A stretch of 62,896 nucleotides of DNA, filler included. It is 8 parts of 8 records of this genome, joined end to end, with 100 filler letters (N's around TTAATTAATTAA, not from the genome) between each part and the next. Parts side by side here need not be neighbours in the genome. Positions count along the whole stretch, not along the records: positions 50,436 to 55,917 come from SRR31156797_52589; positions 56,018 to 62,896 come from SRR31156797_52628; 6 more parts are not named here. One strand, given 5' to 3'. Below the pieces are notes generated by a model. That model had not been told where the DNA came from and ran no database searches. It was given only the letters and a program-made list of their open reading frames with translations. Shown here one piece after another: positions 50,681 through 60,943 of the stretch (positions are counted from its first letter, which is position 1; every line of letters starts with the position of its first letter). Made by a program: the position numbers and the translations under genes.

Positions 50681-52330
50681 CTATTTGAAAGTCAGACTTT
50701 GAACCATTGATTCGAGTTTATCATGATGTTTCCATGCGCGAGCGTCAATAAATATGCATTTCCCATCTTTATACGCCGATACAAGATAGGTCGTTATCGG
50801 CAGGCTGTTGTTCCATCGCCATGTAATTTCCGTTCTGTATGCTTCCGCCCCGCACGCAAGTAAGATTTTGCTGTTGCCGACAACCCTGACATTTGAAGAT
50901 TTTTCTAGAAAGTTATTTCGCGCATAAAAAACCGGACCAAATTCTTCAAGCTCAATCCCATCAGGGATGTCGACAACAGAGGCGGAAAATCCGTCCACGT
51001 CGAAGTACATTCGCATGACCTGATTTTCATTGTTTATTTCGGCCTTATGGCTCATAACAGGATACTCAAACTGGAATGTGGGCGAGGATATGTGCTTAAA
51101 CATTCCATCGTGAGCAAATCCTTCGTCTTCTGAATTCCATATTTGGGCCATCGATTGCGCTGCATCCTTTATTCGAGCATTAAGCCTGTCCTGTTCTTTT
51201 GGGTTTGAAGGCAACGTTTTACGCGAGGACGCAGCAGGTACGATATATCTGTGAATCAATTTGTTAATAATGAGAAGTGCGCGCTTTTCTTTCATGTTGC
51301 TCGTAATTACGACGACAATCTTCTTTTCCGGCAACACATAGATGCATTGCCCATTGGAACCAACGGCTATAAAATATTCGGAAGAATTGAACCACCAGAA
51401 TCCTGTAGAATCGACCCACCAATGATACCCATACCGTTTAAATATGTTGGCATCAATATGTCCCCGAGTAGAAACCTCCACCCATTTTGACGGTATAATC
51501 TGCTTGTTGCCCCATACCCCCTTATTTAAATAAAGCTGTCCGAATTTCGCTAAGTCGTGGGGTGTCAACCACATTCCATCATAACCGTTTTCGATGCCTT
51601 TCGGGCTTGTTTCCCAATGGATGTCGACAATATCAAGCGGGTCGAATAAATATTTTCGGGCAAATTCCAGGGTCGTCATGTTTGTTGTGTTTTGAATAAT
51701 CGCAGAAAGAAGATGTGAGTTTCCGTTGCAGTACTCAAATTCTTTTCCCGGAGGGCCCGCCATGGGCAGGTCAAGAACATGTTTTGTCCAATCTCTGCTC
51801 TTTCTCATTTCGACCAATCCCGCCCATTGATAAAGGTAGGAATCTCTGCATTCCAGGCCTGATGTCATGGTCAACAAATTTTCGAGCGTAATGGATTCCT
51901 TGAGGCCGTCCATGTTGGCAATTTCTCTGTCCTCAAAAAAATCAGTGATGGGTTGGGTCACGCTCTTAATGCAGCCTTTGCCGACAGCTATCCCGATCAA
52001 AGCCGACATGACGCTTTTGGTGCATGAAAACATGTTGTGCGTCCTGTCGCCGGTAAAAGGATGAAAGTTCGCATCCAAGACCATTTGGCCGTTACGTACA
52101 ATTGAAATGCTGTCTATGTTGAGATTTTCCTCTTTAATGTGCGCCATCATGTGGGCAAGTTTTTTAGAGTCCATGCCTTGCGCTTCGGGGGAGGAAGTTT
52201 GCCAGCCATTTGTTGGCGAGTCGGCAACGGATGCCGTTGCGAGAGAGTGGAACTGAGGAAGGAATAATGTAATCAAAACAGTAAAAAGAAAACGACGGAC
52301 AATGCACTTCCTCTTTTGGGATGATTTCAT
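50681..52330 (-). CDS. exported serine hydrolase (beta-lactamase class C-like fold) with C-terminal extension
   Basis: SCTKS (SxxK), LLTMTSG, FEYCN, DLAKFGQLYL, YGYHWW motifs; AGGAG RBS. Confidence 0.85.
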   Translation of the reverse strand: MKSSQKRKCIVRRFLFTVLITLFLPQFHSLATASVADSPTNGWQTSSPEAQGMDSKKLAHMMAHIKEENLNIDSISIVRNGQMVLDANFHPFTGDRTHNMFSCTKSVMSALIGIAVGKGCIKSVTQPITDFFEDREIANMDGLKESITLENLLTMTSGLECRDSYLYQWAGLVEMRKSRDWTKHVLDLPMAGPPGKEFEYCNGNSHLLSAIIQNTTNMTTLEFARKYLFDPLDIVDIHWETSPKGIENGYDGMWLTPHDLAKFGQLYLNKGVWGNKQIIPSKWVEVSTRGHIDANIFKRYGYHWWVDSTGFWWFNSSEYFIAVGSNGQCIYVLPEKKIVVVITSNMKEKRALLIINKLIHRYIVPAASSRKTLPSNPKEQDRLNARIKDAAQSMAQIWNSEDEGFAHDGMFKHISSPTFQFEYPVMSHKAEINNENQVMRMYFDVDGFSASVVDIPDGIELEEFGPVFYARNNFLEKSSNVRVVGNSKILLACGAEAYRTEITWRWNNSLPITTYLVSAYKDGKCIFIDARAWKHHDKLESMVQSLTFK

Positions 52331-52352
52331 GGTTTCTCCTTCCATGCCCATA

Positions 52353-54752
52353 TCATTTTCGAGAAACGATTCCACGATTCCCGTCCACCAGGATTTCCCG
52401 GCCTTCTTTCAAGGTGCGGGTTATGCCGGGAATCGCCATTACGGCGGGTATTCCATATTCACGGGCCACAATGGCCGCATGGGATGCAAGCCCGCCCGTT
52501 TCGGCGACTACCGCCGCAGCCGTGGAAAAGAGCGGTGTCCAGGCCGGGTTCGTGTACGGACAGACCAACACTTCGCCGGGCAAAAGTCTGCCGAATTCAT
52601 GCTCCCCTCGGATGATTCTGACTTTGCCTCTGGTGATGCCGGGGCTTACGGCGATTCCCTTGAGTCTATTTCCACGGACGGATAAGCCGGCCCTTTCCGC
52701 CTGCCAGTTCCCATTCACCAGCCGGTAGGTGGCGCGACGGCGCGCCAGCAATTCGCGAACATCATCCATTTCAGGAGGCCTGTGGCAGAGCCACTCCCGG
52801 ACTTCTTCGTAAGTCAGGCAGCCCATATCGTCTTCACGTTCAAGAACGCCTCTGCCGTATAACCTGCGCCCCCATTCACGGGCAATTTCTTGGAGCGCAT
52901 CGAGCGGTCGGGTAAGGTCGTAGTGGCTTTTCTCCCGAAAAGCGTTCAATCGGTACAGATGGCGCCACAACCAGCGGAAAGCATGCCGTAGGCCCGGAAT
53001 ATACCGCAACCGTTTTTCAACAAGGGTGAGCGCCGCCCGGTGTTGGGCCCTGGCTTGTTCAGGATTTCCGGTTTTATTCTCGGCATCCACCAGACTCGAA
53101 AGGAGACGCCATACTTGTTTTGGGTCCTGTCTCCAGGTGGGGGTTGTCAGGTACCAGCAGGAACCTTCCCGATGCCCATGCTTAAGAATGAAAGATTCAA
53201 AAGATTCAAGAAATTGCCGACCCTCAACCGTTTCTTTCAGACGATGGGGCGCTATGTCGTGCACGGCAGCCAGCACTTCAGGGTTGCTGCGTGCGAGACG
53301 GGAAAGCTGCCAGAGTTCTTCGTTGAGACCCATGGTAGGGGTGTCAATGCCGGCCATGAGATTCGACATGACTTGACTTCTTTTCTTAAATCCCACAGCC
53401 AGCACGACCAAAAACCTGAGGAATGATTCCGCATGAATGCCGCCGGCGGCGCTCATCCGTTTGTACAAATGTTTTTCCCAGACGGCAAGAATCGTCTCTG
53501 CTCGGGTAAAAAGCGCCTCATCTTCCATGGTCGAAAGATTCAACGATTCCGAGGCGGTTAGTAATTCATTGCTTGGGCCGTTTTCCCACCAGCTCAACCA
53601 ATCCGTTTTCAACTTTCGGCAGAGAAGAGGCATGCCGCGAAAATACATCAACCAAAACCGATGGATGGGCGGCATCCGGTATGCCAGTCGCCAGAACTGG
53701 GCCATGACCTTCTCCTCATCCTCTTTTCTGACTACTGCGCCGCCTTCCTTAATGGAATAGAGGTGCCCGCCGAGCAGGCGTTTGACAACAACGTTGTCCA
53801 GTGGGCGGGGCGCTGATACATACCGCTCATCCGCAAACGGTTTTATCATCTTGTCAAGGAAGGAAGGTTTGCCGAGCGGCTCGATCGGTTCAACGGATGA
53901 TTCCTCAAGGGCGGTCATGGGGCGGGACTGAAGGATGTGAACTTTTTCTTCCGCTATGGCAAACTCAATGTCCTGCGGCCTGCCGAAATGTTCCTCAATG
54001 CTTAGAGCCATACCGCTCAGCTCTTTTAAAAGTTCGGCATCCAGGAGTCCCGAACCGTTCTTTTTGCCGGTTTGGGCGAGAGTGCTGCGGTCAACCCGGT
54101 AGACATCTCCGGCCATATGCCCGGAAACAAGGGCTTCACCCAGGCCGGGCACGATTTCGATCCGCATGTGCTTTTGATCCTGCATCAACGGGTCTTGGGT
54201 GAAAAGCACGCCTGCTGCGTCGGCAGGGACCATTTCTTGTATGATGACGGCCATTTGCGCCGAGAGTTGATCCATGCCCCGTCGATGGCGGTAAACAAGG
54301 GCCCGGCGACTCCAAAGCGAAGCCCAGCATTTCCGAAGGGCCAGGAGCAGGGCCTCATTTCCTTCTATATTGAGATAGGTTTCATACTGGCCGGCCGAGG
54401 ATGCTTCTTCCTGATCCTCGCAGGTTGCGGAGGAGCGGACTGCCACGGCCGGGTTTTTCATCCGGCTGTATCGATCCAATAGCTTATCGGATAAATCTTC
54501 ATCCAGGGGGGTATTTTTAAGAATGTCATGGGCGATTCGCTCAACTCCGGTCCAGTCCTGTTCTTTGATCAACGGGATTATCTTCTCATTGAGACCGCAT
54601 TGTATTGCCTGTTCCTCATAGGCCGAGGTTGTGACGACCATCGCATCCGGGACAACCATCCCCAGTTGCATTAATTGGATAAGACTTGCGCATTTGCCCC
54701 CGACCGCTGCATTATCAGAATGGGTTTCGCTATTGATAGGAAGTATTTTCAT
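52353..54752 (-). CDS. PEP/pyruvate-binding plus His-swivel enzyme (rifampicin phosphotransferase/PigC-like architecture)
   Basis: VGGK, AVRSSATCED..AGQYET, DIEFAI..LQSRP; C-terminal TNPAWTPLF..GGLASHAAIVAREYGIPAV. Confidence 0.85.
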   Translation of the reverse strand: MKILPINSETHSDNAAVGGKCASLIQLMQLGMVVPDAMVVTTSAYEEQAIQCGLNEKIIPLIKEQDWTGVERIAHDILKNTPLDEDLSDKLLDRYSRMKNPAVAVRSSATCEDQEEASSAGQYETYLNIEGNEALLLALRKCWASLWSRRALVYRHRRGMDQLSAQMAVIIQEMVPADAAGVLFTQDPLMQDQKHMRIEIVPGLGEALVSGHMAGDVYRVDRSTLAQTGKKNGSGLLDAELLKELSGMALSIEEHFGRPQDIEFAIAEEKVHILQSRPMTALEESSVEPIEPLGKPSFLDKMIKPFADERYVSAPRPLDNVVVKRLLGGHLYSIKEGGAVVRKEDEEKVMAQFWRLAYRMPPIHRFWLMYFRGMPLLCRKLKTDWLSWWENGPSNELLTASESLNLSTMEDEALFTRAETILAVWEKHLYKRMSAAGGIHAESFLRFLVVLAVGFKKRSQVMSNLMAGIDTPTMGLNEELWQLSRLARSNPEVLAAVHDIAPHRLKETVEGRQFLESFESFILKHGHREGSCWYLTTPTWRQDPKQVWRLLSSLVDAENKTGNPEQARAQHRAALTLVEKRLRYIPGLRHAFRWLWRHLYRLNAFREKSHYDLTRPLDALQEIAREWGRRLYGRGVLEREDDMGCLTYEEVREWLCHRPPEMDDVRELLARRRATYRLVNGNWQAERAGLSVRGNRLKGIAVSPGITRGKVRIIRGEHEFGRLLPGEVLVCPYTNPAWTPLFSTAAAVVAETGGLASHAAIVAREYGIPAVMAIPGITRTLKEGREILVDGNRGIVSRK

Positions 54753-55338
54753 TTTTCACCCCCCTTAGAATAAACTGCCAGACGGAATGGAGCAGATATT
54801 CGCTGCTGCCCATGCCTGTCACGATGGCAAGGACGACTCCCTGATATAGGAAAAAGATGTGTAGCGCCAGCTCCTCGGCGGGTATGTCCCGGCGGATCTG
54901 TTTTTGCTGCTGCGCTAGGGCCACGAGCCCGGTGAGTATTTCCCGCAAACGTCTGCGGGCCGGTGTCGGATCCGTTAAGTAGGTCGGGTCAAGCATGCTA
55001 TGGGTACAGATGAGTCTCACCTCTTCGATATTTTCCTCGGCCTCGCGTACCATCACGTTTATCATCTGCCGGATTAGGTCCAGAGGCGGGACCGGCGGAT
55101 CCGTCCGGTCCAGGAGCGCTTCCACGAGGCTCTGAAGTCTTTGTCCGTAATGCCGGAGAACACCCTGTTTGGCCCCGAAGTGATTGAAGAAGGTGGCACG
55201 GCTGTATCCGGCCCTCTCGGCTATTTCGTCCACCGAGGTCTCATTAAAGCCCTTTTGCCGAAACAGCTCCATGGCGGCATCGTAAAGGGCCTGCTTCACC
55301 TGCGCATTTTTCTTCTGTCGTAATCCCTGGGTTGCCAT
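54730..55338 (-). CDS. TetR-family regulator
   Basis: LF.QKGF.ETSVDEIAERAGYSRATFFNHF..K. Confidence 0.92.
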   Translation of the reverse strand: MATQGLRQKKNAQVKQALYDAAMELFRQKGFNETSVDEIAERAGYSRATFFNHFGAKQGVLRHYGQRLQSLVEALLDRTDPPVPPLDLIRQMINVMVREAEENIEEVRLICTHSMLDPTYLTDPTPARRRLREILTGLVALAQQQKQIRRDIPAEELALHIFFLYQGVVLAIVTGMGSSEYLLHSVWQFILRGVKNENTSYQ

Positions 55339-55375
55339 TTTTTCTCCTTATGGTTTTTTAGACGCAGGTATATTG

Positions 55376-55391
55376 TTATACTTGAGTATAA
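55376..55391. promoter_or_regulatory. candidate TetR operator
   Basis: perfect TTATACT-TG-AGTATAA palindrome next to minus-strand TTGACT; degenerate copy TTAGAC..GTATAT at 55358-55373. Confidence 0.65.
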
Positions 55392-55488
55392 AATAAGTCA
55401 ATGGGAAAATCTGCCTAATATCTCTTTATTTTGTTTTTTTCTATGGTATGCTGTAAGAAAATGAAATTTCAAAATGAGGGAGGGAGGC

Positions 55489-55917
55489 ATGAAAATCGTT
55501 TTTCATGAGGCTTTTTATGCTGTTTATGCCGGTGATCCCGCGGCCGACCATGGCCGGATGGAATCCATTATGAGGGTCATTGAGCCGTCCGTGGAGACGG
55601 TTCAGGCCATTCCGGCCACGGCGGATCAGATCAGGGCGGTTCATAGGGATTCTCATCTTGAAAGGGTAAGGGCCGAGAGGGTCTACGACGCGGCTGTCCT
55701 GGCGGCGGGCGGTGCCGTTCAGGCGGCAATGATCGGGCTTGAGGAACCATGCATGGGCGTCATCCGGCCGCCGGGCCATCATGCTTCCGCCGGTTCCGCC
55801 TGGGGCTTTTGCTATTTCAACAACATGGCCGTCGCGCTGCAATATTTGATGGATCAAGGAAAAATTAAGACGGCCTATGTCCTGGACATTGATCTTCATT
55901 TCGGCGACGGCACCGTC
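55489..55917 (+). CDS. histone-deacetylase-family protein (3' truncated)
   Basis: RPPGHHA, GFCYFNN.A, DIDLHFGDGT motifs. Confidence 0.9.
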
Positions 55918-56017
55918 NNNNNNNNNNNNNNNNNNNNNNNNNNNNNNNNNNNNNNNNNNNNTTAATTAATTAANNNNNNNNNNNNNNNNNNNNNNNNNNN
56001 NNNNNNNNNNNNNNNNN
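55918..56017. other. artificial contig spacer
   Basis: N-run with TTAATTAATTAA. Confidence 0.98.
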
Positions 56018-56953
56018 GGGCATGAAGCTCCTGGGCCAGGTGGGGGTGTACTTCACATAGGGGCGCATGTAGGGGATTTTCTTTTCGCTGGCAAAGCCAA
56101 CGGCATGGCCGATGCCTGAATCCGGGATGCCCGCCACAAAGTCGGCTGTTTCCGTTTCGTTCCGGGCCAGGGCCGCGCCGCAGTTGTACCGGACAAGCTC
56201 AGTGTTGATGCCCTCATAGGTGGAGGCGGGGTAGCCGTAGTAGACCCAGAGGAACGAACAGACCTGCATCTTTTCGCCGGGGGCCTGTACCGTTTTCCAG
56301 CCTTCGGGGGTGATGAAGGCGATCTCGGCGGGTCCCATGCAGTGGTCCACCTCATACCCCAGGTTGGAGAAGGAGCAGGATTCGCTGCTGGCCGCATAGG
56401 AGTCCTTGCCCTTGGCGATGGTGATGGGGGTTCGTCCCAGCCGGTCCCTTGCGGCGTAGAGGCCGTCTTCCGTGAGGACCAGCATGGAGCAGGAGCCTTT
56501 GATCTTCTCCTGGGCGTTCTTGATCCCGTCCTTGAACGACCCGGCCTGGCAGATGAGCATGGCCACGAGCTCGGTGGGGTTGATTCCGCCGCTGCTGGTC
56601 TCCGCGAAGTGGATGTTCTGTGAAAAGGCTTCGGCGGCAAGTTCCTCGAGGTTCGCGATCTTTCCCACCGTGACCACGGCAAACCGCCCCAGGTGGGAGT
56701 GGAGAATGATCGGCTGGGAGTCGGTGTCGCTGATCACGCCCACGCCAATGTTTCCGGTCAGCTTGTCCAGGTCGGATTCGAATTTCGATCTGAAATAGGC
56801 ATTCTCAAGGTTGTGAATGGTGCGTTGAAAGCCATCCTTCCCAGCCGTGGCAAGCCCGCCCCGCTTGGTTCCAAGATGGGACTGGTAATCGGTTCCGTAA
56901 AAAAGTTCCTTATTGCACGCTTCCTTTGAAGCGCATCCAAAAAATCCACCCAT
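56018..56953 (-). CDS. purF: amidophosphoribosyltransferase family (MGGFFG type; 3' truncated)
   Basis: YAARDRLGRTP, ASSESC, CSFLWVYYGYP, GIPDSG, KYTPTWPRSFMP motifs. Confidence 0.85.
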
Positions 56954-57072
56954 GTTTATCTTCCATGTTAAGTTAACAGAAAAATACCTCACAAATATCA
57001 AGCCCCATGAAATAATCGTTATCCTCTTTGATGTCAAATAAATAAAGTAATTTCTGCGAAATGCGAAAAACC

Positions 57073-57111
57073 TTGACGATTGATCCGATAACTGGTATGA
57101 CCTCTTACCAG
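57073..57111 (+). promoter_or_regulatory. sigma70 promoter overlapped by a FadR-like operator
   Basis: TTGACG-N17-TATGAC with TG extension; AACTGGTATGACCTCTT resembles the FadR box AACTGGTCnGACCAGTT; CTGGTA/TACCAG palindrome. Confidence 0.6.
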
Positions 57112-57136
57112 AAGCCTAAATAATCAAGGAGACCCC

Positions 57137-57835
57137 ATGAATAAACCCTTGCGTCCCGCAGAACATGCCGAGCGCCTGCTCCTGGAAGCGATTTTGAACC
57201 ATGAATATGCCCCCGGCAGCGCCCTTCCGGCAGAACGAGCCCTCGCAACCACCCTGGGGGTCACCCGGCCCACCCTGAGGGAAACCCTCCAGCGCCTTTC
57301 CTCCAAGGGATGGATCACCATCAGCCAGGGCAAGCCCACCCGGGTCAACGATTATCTCAACAACGGCGGGCTCGCCCTCCTGGGCTCCATGGTCGGGTAC
57401 GGCAAGGGAATCTCCGCTTCAATGGTGGAGCATCTCCTCCAGGTCCGGTCGGTCATGCTGCCGGGCATCGCCCGCATGGCCGCCGTCAATGATTCCCCAT
57501 CGCTTTCCGGTTATTTAAAGGATGCCCCCGGGGTTGACGAAAAGCCCAGGGGCTTTGCCGAGTACGACTGGGAGTTACAGCTCCTCATGGTGACCCTCAG
57601 CGACAATCCCGTGTTCCGGTTCATGTTCAACGACTTCACAGCCATCTACCATGGGTTTGGCGAACTCTATTTTCAAGAACAACTGGCGCGGCAGAGCTCC
57701 CTTGCCTTTTACCAGGAACTGGCCCTCTCCCTGACTCGGGGCGAAGCGCTGGTGGAACAATGTGTCAGGAACGCCATGGATACAAGCATTACCATCTGGA
57801 ACTCAAGGAGGAATGATCATGTTGAACAACATTGA
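57137..57835 (+). CDS. fadR: fatty-acyl-CoA-responsive GntR regulator FadR
   Basis: AE......I....Y.PG..LPAER.L...LGVTR.TLRE.LQRL...GW.TI..GKPT.VN, closely like enterobacterial FadR. Confidence 0.85.
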   Translation: MNKPLRPAEHAERLLLEAILNHEYAPGSALPAERALATTLGVTRPTLRETLQRLSSKGWITISQGKPTRVNDYLNNGGLALLGSMVGYGKGISASMVEHLLQVRSVMLPGIARMAAVNDSPSLSGYLKDAPGVDEKPRGFAEYDWELQLLMVTLSDNPVFRFMFNDFTAIYHGFGELYFQEQLARQSSLAFYQELALSLTRGEALVEQCVRNAMDTSITIWNSRRNDHVEQH

Positions 57836-59363
57836 CACCCGTTATGACATGGTGGTCATCGGCGGCGGCATCACCGGCGCCGGCATCTTTTTACGTGCGG
57901 CGGCCATGGGTGTGTCGGTCCTGCTCCTGGAGCAGAACGATTTTGCCTGGGGTACATCCAGCCGGTCGTCCAAGATGGTCCACGGCGGCCTGCGCTACCT
58001 GAAGGAGGGCAGGCTCCTTTTGACCCGGGATTCGGTCAAGGAGCGCCAGCGCCTGCTCTCCATTTTTCCCGGCCTCGTGGAGCCCCTTGAGTTCATCATG
58101 CCGGTTTACAAGGGCCACGGTCCTTCCAAGCCGGTCATGGGGCTCGGCCTCTCCCTCTATTCCCTCCTGGCCTGGGAGAAGCAGCACAAGGGATTGAACC
58201 GGACCCAGACAGAGGCGGCGATTCCCTTCGTCAACACCCATAACCTCACCGGCGGCTTTATCTTCGGCGATGCCCAGGTGGACGACGCCCGGCTCGTGCT
58301 GCGGCTTCTCTCCCAGGGCAGGGATCTCGGGGGCACCGCCCTCAACTATACCAAGGTCTGCGCGGTGAACAGGGACAACAATAAAAAGGTAACCGGGGTT
58401 ACGGCCGAGGACACGGATACGGGCGAGACCGTGGAGATCTCAGCCCCCGTGGTGATCAACGCCACCGGCGCCTTTGCCGAAGAGCTCCACCCGTCACCGG
58501 AGAAAGGCCTTCATATCAGGCCCCTCAGGGGAAGCCACCTGGTCTTTCCCGGCCAGGCCATCCCCGACCGGCGGGTGATCAGCTTTGTCCATCCCCAGGA
58601 TCAGCGGCCCGTGTTTGTCTTCTCCTGGGAGGGGTGCCTTGTGCTTGGCACCACCGATGTGGATCATAAGCAGGGACTTTCCTCCGAGCCCGTGATTCAG
58701 CCCTATGAGGCGGCATATCTCATGGAAGGGGCGGCCTTTGCCATGCCCGGGCTGAAGCTGGACCCGAACACCTGCATCGCCTCCATGGCCGGGGTGAGGC
58801 CGGTCCTGAGCCACGGCGGCACCCAGGCCAGCAAGGAGTCCAGGGATCATGTGGTGTGGGGGGACAAGGGGCTTGTGACCGTCACAGGCGGCAAGCTCAC
58901 CACCTTCAACCTCATTGCCAGGGATGCCCTTAAAGCGGCAAAGCCCTACCTGCCGTCCGGTTCCGAGAACGTCGACCCCCTGGCGGACCCGGAGATGCTC
59001 GCCCTGGAGTCCACGGCAGATGCGTCCCTCACGCCCACGGACCGCCGCAGGCTCTATGGACGGTACGGCAACAGGGCCACCGACATCATCGCCTCCGGTC
59101 ACGATCTCTCCCATCTCGGCACCACCGCCACCCTATGGGCCGAGCTCGCCTATGCCGCCGAGCACGAACAGGTGCGCCACCTGTCCGACCTGCTGCTTCG
59201 GCGGACCCGGCTGGGCATTCTCCTGCCCCAGGGCGCAAAGGAGTATCTCGAGGCCGTGGAGGCCATTTGCAAACCCCTGCTTCCCTGGGACGACCAGCGC
59301 TGGGAGCAGGAGATTCAGCAGTATCTGACCCATTGGAGCCGTTATTACTCGTCACCGTTTTAA
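57819..59363 (+). CDS. FAD-dependent glycerol-3-phosphate dehydrogenase/oxidase family
   Basis: IGGGITGAG, GTSSRSSKMVHGGLRYL, DDARL, GTTD, AGVRP, GGKLTT, LLRRTRLG motifs. Confidence 0.92.
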   Translation: MLNNIDTRYDMVVIGGGITGAGIFLRAAAMGVSVLLLEQNDFAWGTSSRSSKMVHGGLRYLKEGRLLLTRDSVKERQRLLSIFPGLVEPLEFIMPVYKGHGPSKPVMGLGLSLYSLLAWEKQHKGLNRTQTEAAIPFVNTHNLTGGFIFGDAQVDDARLVLRLLSQGRDLGGTALNYTKVCAVNRDNNKKVTGVTAEDTDTGETVEISAPVVINATGAFAEELHPSPEKGLHIRPLRGSHLVFPGQAIPDRRVISFVHPQDQRPVFVFSWEGCLVLGTTDVDHKQGLSSEPVIQPYEAAYLMEGAAFAMPGLKLDPNTCIASMAGVRPVLSHGGTQASKESRDHVVWGDKGLVTVTGGKLTTFNLIARDALKAAKPYLPSGSENVDPLADPEMLALESTADASLTPTDRRRLYGRYGNRATDIIASGHDLSHLGTTATLWAELAYAAEHEQVRHLSDLLLRRTRLGILLPQGAKEYLEAVEAICKPLLPWDDQRWEQEIQQYLTHWSRYYSSPF

Positions 59364-59380
59364 CCCTTTGGAGGATTCAT

Positions 59381-60931
59381 ATGGCAGACCGGACGTTGCT
59401 GGCAATAGACTGCGGTACCCAGAGCCTCAGGGCGCTCCTGTTTTCAGACAAGGGCATTCTTTTGGGACGCTCCCAGATCGAGTACACCCCCTATGTATCT
59501 CCCCAGCCGGGCTGGGCCGAGCAGGATCCCGAGATTTACTGGAACAGCCTCAGCCTCGCCTGCAAGGAGCTCAAGGAGCGCTATCCCGCCCCTTTTAAGT
59601 CCATTGCCGGGGTAGGGGTGACTTCCCAGCGCAGCACCATGATCAATGTGGACGCAAAGGGCAACCCCCTTCGTCCGGCCATCGTCTGGCTCGACCAGCG
59701 CCGGGCCGAGCCCCCCTTCGGCGGCAAGGGCCTCCTCAACCTGGGGCTCAAGCTCGCAAGGATGGACGGCCTTGTCACGGGGATCCAGTCCCAGGGCAAG
59801 TGCAACTGGATCATGCAGAACCAGCCCCACCTCTGGAACAAGACCCGGTGTTATCTCCAGGTGTCCGGCTTTATCAACCACCGGCTCACGGGCCGGTTCC
59901 TCGATTCCGTGGCCTCCCAGATCGGCCATCTGCCGTTTAATTACAAGACCATGGACTGGGCTTCCAGGTTTGATCTGCCGTCCCTGTTCTTCCCCATCCC
60001 ACGGGAGAAGCTGCCCGGGCTGGTCAAGCCCGGCGACACCATCGGCACCATCACCCCCGACGCCGCAAAGGCCACGGGCCTCACCCAGGGAATCAAGGTG
60101 ATCGCCTGCGGCTCGGACAAGGGTTGCGAGACCCTGGGCGCAGGCGTCGTGGACACTTCCATGGTGAGCCTGAGCTTCGGCACCACGGCCACGGTCCAGA
60201 CCACCACGGAGAAATACTTTGAGTCCATCCGGTTCATGCCGCCCTATCCGGCCCCCATCCCCGCCCGGTACAACCCCGAGGTGGAGATCTTCCGGGGCTT
60301 CTGGATGATCACCTGGTTCAAGAACGAGTTCGCCCACAAGGAGGTGGCCGAGGCCAAAAAACTCGGCATCGCCGCCGAAGAGGTGCTGAACCGGCACCTG
60401 GCCACCACCGACCCCGGCGCCATGGGCCTCGTGGTCCAGCCCTACTGGGGACCGGGCCTGGAGCACCCCTGTGCCAAGGGCGCCATGATCGGGTTCGGCG
60501 ACATCCACACCAAGGCCCACATCTACCGGGCCGTGATCGAGGGCCTGGGCTTCGCCCTCAAGGACGGCCTCGAGACCATGGAGAGAAGAGGCAACTTCTC
60601 AGCCGAACGGGCCGCCGTATCCGGCGGCGCCTCCCAGAGCGACGAGATCTGCAAGATCACCGCAGACATCTTCAACCTCCCCATGGTCAAGGGCAGAACC
60701 CATGAGACCTCCGGCCTCGGCGCCGCCATCATCACGGCCACCGGCCTCGGGATCTTCCCGTCCACTGAAAAGGCCATCGACGCCATGGTCCACGAGGAGA
60801 CCGTGTTCACCCCCGATCCGGCCAACGTCGAGATTTACAACAACCTTTATTCCAGGGTCTACCAGCGCATCTTCCGGGCCCTTGAACCCCTTTACACCGA
60901 AATCCAGGACATCACCGGATACCCTGAATAG
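59381..60931 (+). CDS. FGGY-family carbohydrate kinase
   Basis: IDCGTQS, EQDP, WLDQR, SFGTT, RAVIEG, SGGASQS motifs; GGAGG RBS. Confidence 0.92.
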   Translation: MADRTLLAIDCGTQSLRALLFSDKGILLGRSQIEYTPYVSPQPGWAEQDPEIYWNSLSLACKELKERYPAPFKSIAGVGVTSQRSTMINVDAKGNPLRPAIVWLDQRRAEPPFGGKGLLNLGLKLARMDGLVTGIQSQGKCNWIMQNQPHLWNKTRCYLQVSGFINHRLTGRFLDSVASQIGHLPFNYKTMDWASRFDLPSLFFPIPREKLPGLVKPGDTIGTITPDAAKATGLTQGIKVIACGSDKGCETLGAGVVDTSMVSLSFGTTATVQTTTEKYFESIRFMPPYPAPIPARYNPEVEIFRGFWMITWFKNEFAHKEVAEAKKLGIAAEEVLNRHLATTDPGAMGLVVQPYWGPGLEHPCAKGAMIGFGDIHTKAHIYRAVIEGLGFALKDGLETMERRGNFSAERAAVSGGASQSDEICKITADIFNLPMVKGRTHETSGLGAAIITATGLGIFPSTEKAIDAMVHEETVFTPDPANVEIYNNLYSRVYQRIFRALEPLYTEIQDITGYPE

Positions 60932-60943
60932 AAAGGAGAGACC

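Noticed and set aside
50681-52330. Beta-lactam resistance gene
   Set aside because: The SxxK fold is shared by many esterases and amidases; nothing here specifically supports AmpC activity.
8982-56017. Seven identical TTAATTAATTAA motifs inside N-runs as a biological repeat, and gene neighbourhoods across them
   Set aside because: These are artificial six-frame-stop linkers joining unrelated contigs, so adjacency across them has no meaning.
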